Shown in pieces: positions 19,428 through 21,599 of a DNA stretch of 21,599 nt (position 1 is the first letter of the stretch; the number at the start of each line of letters is the position of its first letter). Made by a program: the position numbers and the translations under genes. This stretch comes from Trueperaceae bacterium (GTDB lineage: Bacteria; Deinococcota; Deinococci; Deinococcales; Trueperaceae): positions 1 through 21,599 of the forward strand of contig DASSXV010000062.1 in assembly GCA_035703635.1 (NCBI GenBank), read 5' to 3'. The notes under the pieces are model-generated. The model had not been told where the DNA came from and made no database searches. It saw only the letters and a list, made by a program, of their open reading frames with translations.

Positions 19428-19436
19428 TGCTATTCT
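19428..19436 (+). promoter_or_regulatory. Extended -10 (TGcTATTCT), leaderless start of minor-pilin cassette 2
   Basis: TGCTATTCT followed by 7 nt then ATG 19444; no SD. Confidence 0.55.
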
Positions 19437-19443
19437 GGCTCAA

Positions 19444-19911
19444 ATGCAACATAGAGCACGAATCGTCCGAAGTTCCGGTGCCTCTGGGTTCACGCTCCTT
19501 GAGTTGCTGGTCGTAATCGCCATCATCGGCATCGTTGCAGGCATCGCCGTAATGGCGGGCCGCCCAGTCGTTCGGGCACAGGCCGAGGAGGCCGCCTTCC
19601 GAACGTTGCAGCAGAGCGTGTGGCAGGGCGCAACAATGGCGGCCTCGCGTGGCGTGCGCACGCAGCTCACGTACGCCGGTTCGACCCTCACCGTGGTTAA
19701 TCAGGCCAGTGGCGAGACGATCAGGACTTTCGATCTGCCGGAAGCCGCCAGCCTCAACGTGCCAAGCGGCACTACGCTGCTTGAGTTCACGCCACCGGGC
19801 AAAGTCGACCTGGCCAGCCTGGCGGCGTTACCTAACCCATTCACGATCAGCTCAAACGGCAGGACCCAAGGCGTTCAGGTCTCGCTGATAGGGGAGGTGC
19901 GGTTGAGGTGA
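19444..19911 (+). CDS. Minor pilin, FimT/GspH-like (cassette 2, gene 1)
   Basis: SG|FTLLELLVVIAIIGIVAG, EFTPPG, VSLIGEV C-terminus; GTGA overlap with the next gene. Confidence 0.88.
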   Translation: MQHRARIVRSSGASGFTLLELLVVIAIIGIVAGIAVMAGRPVVRAQAEEAAFRTLQQSVWQGATMAASRGVRTQLTYAGSTLTVVNQASGETIRTFDLPEAASLNVPSGTTLLEFTPPGKVDLASLAALPNPFTISSNGRTQGVQVSLIGEVRLR

Positions 19912-20411
19912 GAGCTCCTAGTTCTCAACGAGGTCCTTTGGCGTCACGGCGGGCGCAGGGACTCACCCTGCTCGAGGTCATCCTCGCCCTCGCCGTCCTC
20001 GGCATCGTCGGGGCGGTCTTCACTACCTCCGTGCTGCGCAATCTCAGGCACACGACCACGTCAGGCACCCGGACTCAAGCCGCGCAGGTACTCAACTACT
20101 TCGGTAGGCGCATCGTTGGGGGAGACGCCGCCCTCAGGCCCGCGGTGGGCGACGAACTAGCCTGGACATACGACGAGCTAAGCGCAGCGTTCCCAGACAT
20201 TGGCGGCGCCACCGGCATGGCGGACGCCGACCGCTACCGGGTCGTCATCAGCTCACCGGGCACGTCTACCGTGGCAGGCGCAACTCTGCAGCAGTACGAC
20301 GTAACGGTGTGCTTCGCCACCCCAGACGCCGAGAGCTGCGTTACCGGCAGCACCCTCAGCTCTACCGACAGTCCGAGCGGGTCCACGCCGCCGCTGCCCG
20401 GCATCAACTAG
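19908..20411 (+). CDS. Minor pilin, PilV-like (cassette 2, gene 2)
   Basis: QG|LTLLEVILALAVLG, TRTQAAQVL helix, C-terminal Cys pair (VCF...SCV). Confidence 0.87.
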   Translation: MRAPSSQRGPLASRRAQGLTLLEVILALAVLGIVGAVFTTSVLRNLRHTTTSGTRTQAAQVLNYFGRRIVGGDAALRPAVGDELAWTYDELSAAFPDIGGATGMADADRYRVVISSPGTSTVAGATLQQYDVTVCFATPDAESCVTGSTLSSTDSPSGSTPPLPGIN

Positions 20412-20422
20412 GAGGCCCTGCG

Positions 20423-21328
20423 ATGAACAAGCACGCAAGACACCAGGGCATGACCCTCATCGAGACGTTGGTGGCGCTGCTCATCTTCGGCATCGTGGCC
20501 ATGATCGCAACGTCCGGTGTCATCAACGCACTGCGCGTGCAGGGCGTCAACGAGGCAGCCGCGAGCGCTCAGGCCAAGTTAAGACGTGTCGTCGAGGTTT
20601 TCACCCAGGAACTCCGAAGCGCCGTGCTGGGCGGGGTAAGCAACCAGCCTTACGCGTCGGGCTCGTCGAGCATTTCGTTCCTGCTGCTCGATGGTGGGGC
20701 CGGTTACCAAGTGCTGCCCCACGACTCGGGCGGGGGTTTCCCGAACTCCGTCAACTTCGAGATAATCGCCCCAGGAACCGCGGCAGCCGTACAGGCCAGC
20801 CTAGCTGGGCAGGAGATCATGCTCATCAACGGTAACGGCGACGCCACGGTGCTCCAGGTCACTAACGTGACGAGCACTAGTGGCCCAGGGAGTGGCATCT
20901 ACCGCGTAGTTCACAACGCCTGCGCCAACACCATCGCGTACACGCCGAATTCCACGTTGGTCATGCTCGTAAGTTCGCTCGGCATGAACTTCGACTCAGC
21001 TAGCGGCAACCTCAACCAGATCAGCGGGAGTGGCGCGGAAGTCCCCTTGGCTTTCGACCTCGATGGGCTTGAGCTCGAGTACGTTTACCTATTGGACGAC
21101 GGCAGCACGCGCGTACGTGCGGAGCCTTACGCTGACGCCAACGGCTACCCCGTCAGGCGCGGCAAGGTTGCGGGCGAGAACGTCAGCCTCGTGCGAATCC
21201 AACTGACGGTTTCTGCCACCGAACCAAGCGGCGGCGGTCGCAGCGTGAGCCGGTCGTACACGGGTCAGGTAGAACTGGCCTCTAACCCAAGCTTCAGGAT
21301 TGACAGGGTGGTTCCATGCAGACCTTGA
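20423..21328 (+). CDS. Minor pilin, PilW-like (cassette 2, gene 3)
   Basis: SD GGAGG at 20411-20415; MNKHARHQG|MTLIETLVALLIFG, FTQELRSA helix, PLAFDLDGLELEY, LVRIQLTV; 301 aa. Confidence 0.88.
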   Translation: MNKHARHQGMTLIETLVALLIFGIVAMIATSGVINALRVQGVNEAAASAQAKLRRVVEVFTQELRSAVLGGVSNQPYASGSSSISFLLLDGGAGYQVLPHDSGGGFPNSVNFEIIAPGTAAAVQASLAGQEIMLINGNGDATVLQVTNVTSTSGPGSGIYRVVHNACANTIAYTPNSTLVMLVSSLGMNFDSASGNLNQISGSGAEVPLAFDLDGLELEYVYLLDDGSTRVRAEPYADANGYPVRRGKVAGENVSLVRIQLTVSATEPSGGGRSVSRSYTGQVELASNPSFRIDRVVPCRP

Positions 21329-21599
21329 TGAAGCAGCGCGGCGTTGCCATGCTGTACGCACTACTCCTCATGGTAGTGGTCGTTGGCATAGGCACGCTGA
21401 TGTTCGCGCGTACCGTGAACGAAATAAAACACAGCGGCGATGACGCCGCCATCATCCAGACCCTGCTCCTAGCCCGCGGCGCTGCCAACATGGGCGGCGC
21501 GGTCATGCAAGGCGCGATCAGAGCAGAGCTGGAAACCATCGTGGAGGCGGATTCGAGCACCACGAACCGCTGGACGTTCGGTACTGGCAACGCTAGCAG
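21328..21599 (+). CDS. PilX-like pilin (cassette 2, gene 4), 5' fragment running off the right edge
   Basis: TGATG overlap; MKQRG|VAMLYALLLMVVVVGIGTLMFARTVNEIKHSGDDAAIIQTLLLARGAAN. No E5; PilX-type N-terminus. Alternative start at 21316. Confidence 0.82.
   Translation, partial: MKQRGVAMLYALLLMVVVVGIGTLMFARTVNEIKHSGDDAAIIQTLLLARGAANMGGAVMQGAIRAELETIVEADSSTTNRWTFGTGNAS

Noticed and set aside
18160-20608. Diversity-generating retroelement or shufflon explanation for the duplicated pilin sequence
   Set aside because: Differences are not adenine-specific and include indels. No reverse transcriptase, recombinase or inverted recombination sites are in the window.

Overview
High-GC bacterial chromosomal window, most likely Deinococcota (Truepera/Thermus-like; inferred from protein similarity and leaderless promoters). 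Left part (1-13.3 kb) is housekeeping/envelope: 5' part of a very large TamB/AsmA-like gene on the minus strand (missed by the ORF track), acylphosphatase, trpC, a split M16B peptidase pair, an LptA-like/LptD-like/LptF-G trio, a long bifunctional Rel, a low-MW protein phosphatase and a minus-strand SRP RNA with a shortened helix-8 tip. Right part (13.7-21.6 kb) is a type IV pilus locus: one major pilin (PilA4-like), a lower-GC four-gene minor-pilin/ComZ cassette, then a ~1.2 kb decayed relic that is a collinear copy of the promoter and first 2.2 genes of a second, intact minor-pilin cassette directly downstream. A much weaker relic may also precede the first cassette. The most interesting signal is this architecture of relic followed by intact cassette, which suggests repeated duplication or replacement of pilus-tip modules. 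All family assignments are from motif recognition and recall, not database searches.
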